The notes under the pieces were generated by a model. It was not told where the DNA came from and did no database searches. It saw only the letters and a list, made by a program, of their open reading frames with translations. 64,000 nt of DNA, taken from NCBI GenBank assembly GCA_016187485.1, contig JACPJO010000004.1, positions 56,306-120,305 of the forward strand, written 5' to 3'. Shown here in pieces: positions 62,299 to 64,000 of this stretch. Numbering within the stretch: position 1 is the stretch's first letter; each line of letters begins with the position of its first letter. Position numbers and translations under genes: made by a program. This DNA comes from Candidatus Uhrbacteria bacterium. Its GTDB lineage: Bacteria; Patescibacteriota; Patescibacteriia; UBA9934; UBA10169.

Positions 62299-63999
62299 TC
62301 AAAAAGATAACGCATGGGTGGTGAGGATCGGTTCCTCACCTTTTGATTTTACAAAAATGTCTCCGTCGGTGTCGGTACGAAAAACCTGCACCCGAAATCT
62401 TTTAAGCCGCTCAAGCACCGACGCATGCGGGTGTCCATACCGATTATTCTCGCCAGCAGAAATAATCGCCGCCGTCGGCGTCGTCGCCCCAAGAAGTCCG
62501 GCAGAAGTAGAGGTCTTACTTCCATGATGTGCGGTCTTTAGCACGTCTATATGTCCCAGGCGATCCACAAGCGATACCTCAACAGGGGAAGAAATATCTC
62601 CCGTGAGGAGGAGCGTCGTCTCTCCATAGGTCAGGCGAAGCACGAGCGACGCGTCATTGCGATCCTTTGCGGCACGGAGACGGTCCGGTGAGGGAGAGAG
62701 GAGATCGAGCACAACGGATGATTCGGTAAATGTTTCTGGCGCCGTGACGACATGCAGACGCTCCGGGACATCCTGCTTAAGAGCCCGTATCGTGGGAGAG
62801 GTACGATCGATCTCTGGGAGAAGGATGCGCTCAATGTCGTAGCGACGCACAAGCTCCTCGGCACCCGTTACGTGATCCGCATCGGCATGCGTGAGCACAA
62901 GCGTATCAATGTGGCGATCAAACCACGGCAGGATCTGTCCTACTTTCCAGAGCACCGTATTGTCAGGTCCGGCATCCACAAGCCAACGCGCACCGTTCGG
63001 AAACTCAAGAAGCGTGGCGTCTCCTTGCCCAATGGAGAGGGAGAAGACCCGCAGATCATGATGCGGGATAGCCCGCCAGAGACTTGGCAGAGAAAGAACC
63101 AGGAACAGGCCCGCAAGCGCGAAGACTGGGTACGTTGTGCGAGACGTTGTCCCAGAAAAAATGCGGCGCAAGAGAAAACGGATGGAGAAGGCGCTCCCAA
63201 GAAGGATCGCCAGCAAGGCAAGCGGGTGCTCACGAGGAGTGAATGAGGCAAACGGCAAACGCGCAAAATGGCCTGAAAGTTCGAGGATATAGGAAAGGCC
63301 ACCCACCAGGGGCAACGCCAAGGCTCGCGCAAGAAAGACAGAAACAAACGAGAGTCCAAGCACTCCAAGTCCGAGTCCCATGACAAACGGGAGGACAGGC
63401 AAGACAAACAGGTTGGCCAGCGGTGCCACAAGCGAAAACGTTGTAGAGGAGAACGCCAAAATGGGGGCCGTGGCAAGAATGGCGGCCAGTGAGCTTGCAA
63501 GTGCGCTTCGCAGCCCACCCGTCGCTGGGACCCAAGAAAGAAGCCCGTTGAGCTTCTCTTCAAACAACAGGAGGCCAGTCACCGAAGCAAAGGAGAGTTG
63601 GAAACCGAGGTCGTCACGCAAAAGCCTCGGTTCAAGAAGAAGCATGAGCGTGAGAGCAAATAAGAGAACATTACGCGTCGAAGCACTTCGTCCGCCGGCA
63701 CAGCCAAACAGAACAATCGCTCCCATCACCGTGGCGCGAATAATCGGCGCCTCCGCACCGGCAAGAAATACATACCCGAGAAGAACAAGCACCGTAAGAG
63801 CCGTCGCCTTTTTTCGTGAGAGGAAAAACGATATAAAAAGAGAGAACGCGAATGAGGAAAGGAGCGCAACGTTCTGCCCGCTTGCCACCACAAGATGGGC
63901 CAATCCAGCACGACGAAACGCCTCCTCGATGGGAGCTGGGAGCAAATCCTCCCCTGTGAGAAATCCAAGAAGAAGGGAGGCGTAAGGCTCGTGTAGAAT
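62299..63999 (-). CDS. comEC: DNA uptake protein ComEC/Rec2 with metallo-beta-lactamase domain (5' end outside the window)
   Basis: GLAHLVVASGQN, RATVMG, GFQLSF, GQGDA, LTHADADH, HHGS, NRYGHP; the frame stays open to the window edge. Confidence 0.95.
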   Translation of the reverse strand: MLHEPYASLLLGFLTGEDLLPAPIEEAFRRAGLAHLVVASGQNVALLSSFAFSLFISFFLSRKKATALTVLVLLGYVFLAGAEAPIIRATVMGAIVLFGCAGGRSASTRNVLLFALTLMLLLEPRLLRDDLGFQLSFASVTGLLLFEEKLNGLLSWVPATGGLRSALASSLAAILATAPILAFSSTTFSLVAPLANLFVLPVLPFVMGLGLGVLGLSFVSVFLARALALPLVGGLSYILELSGHFARLPFASFTPREHPLALLAILLGSAFSIRFLLRRIFSGTTSRTTYPVFALAGLFLVLSLPSLWRAIPHHDLRVFSLSIGQGDATLLEFPNGARWLVDAGPDNTVLWKVGQILPWFDRHIDTLVLTHADADHVTGAEELVRRYDIERILLPEIDRTSPTIRALKQDVPERLHVVTAPETFTESSVVLDLLSPSPDRLRAAKDRNDASLVLRLTYGETTLLLTGDISSPVEVSLVDRLGHIDVLKTAHHGSKTSTSAGLLGATTPTAAIISAGENNRYGHPHASVLERLKRFRVQVFRTDTDGDIFVKSKGEEPILTTHALSF

Positions 64000-64000
64000 A

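Overview
Bacterial chromosomal segment in genetic code 11, almost certainly Patescibacteria/CPR (Parcubacteria-like; Uhrbacteria/ABY1 is my guess). The evidence is the absence of rpmD/uL30 from the spc operon, an AspRS without the GAD domain, a Rel without the ACT domain, CPR-type pilin fusions and mostly SD-less starts. Left end (1-13.6 kb): a surface-appendage gene cluster encoding a 636-aa pilin/Ig protein, a giant 3458-aa pilin-anchored, Cys-rich, vWA-tipped adhesin that also carries an internal type IV pilin-like domain, and two membrane-anchored proteins. Middle and right: housekeeping genes (yqeY, rpsU, hisS, lepB, LCP, der, pth, dprA, topA, rel, parAB, dacA-like, scpAB, aspS, asnS, recO, ruvX, map, adk, the str-S10-spc ribosomal cluster, M50 protease, murA, ndk, partial comEC) and four tRNAs. 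The most notable non-routine signals are: (i) the giant dual-pilin adhesin; (ii) an unannotated ~190-nt structured RNA with its own promoter and terminator (6S-like); (iii) a stand-alone ORF between secY and adk whose C-terminus and downstream GAA-loop hairpin resemble a DGR target; (iv) a strong, hairpin-occluded SD on rpsU among otherwise SD-poor housekeeping genes; (v) a Hanks kinase with 164 aa between DFG and GTP; (vi) four GC3-rich ORFans built as self-contained expression cassettes. All domain calls come from motif recognition by eye, not from database searches.
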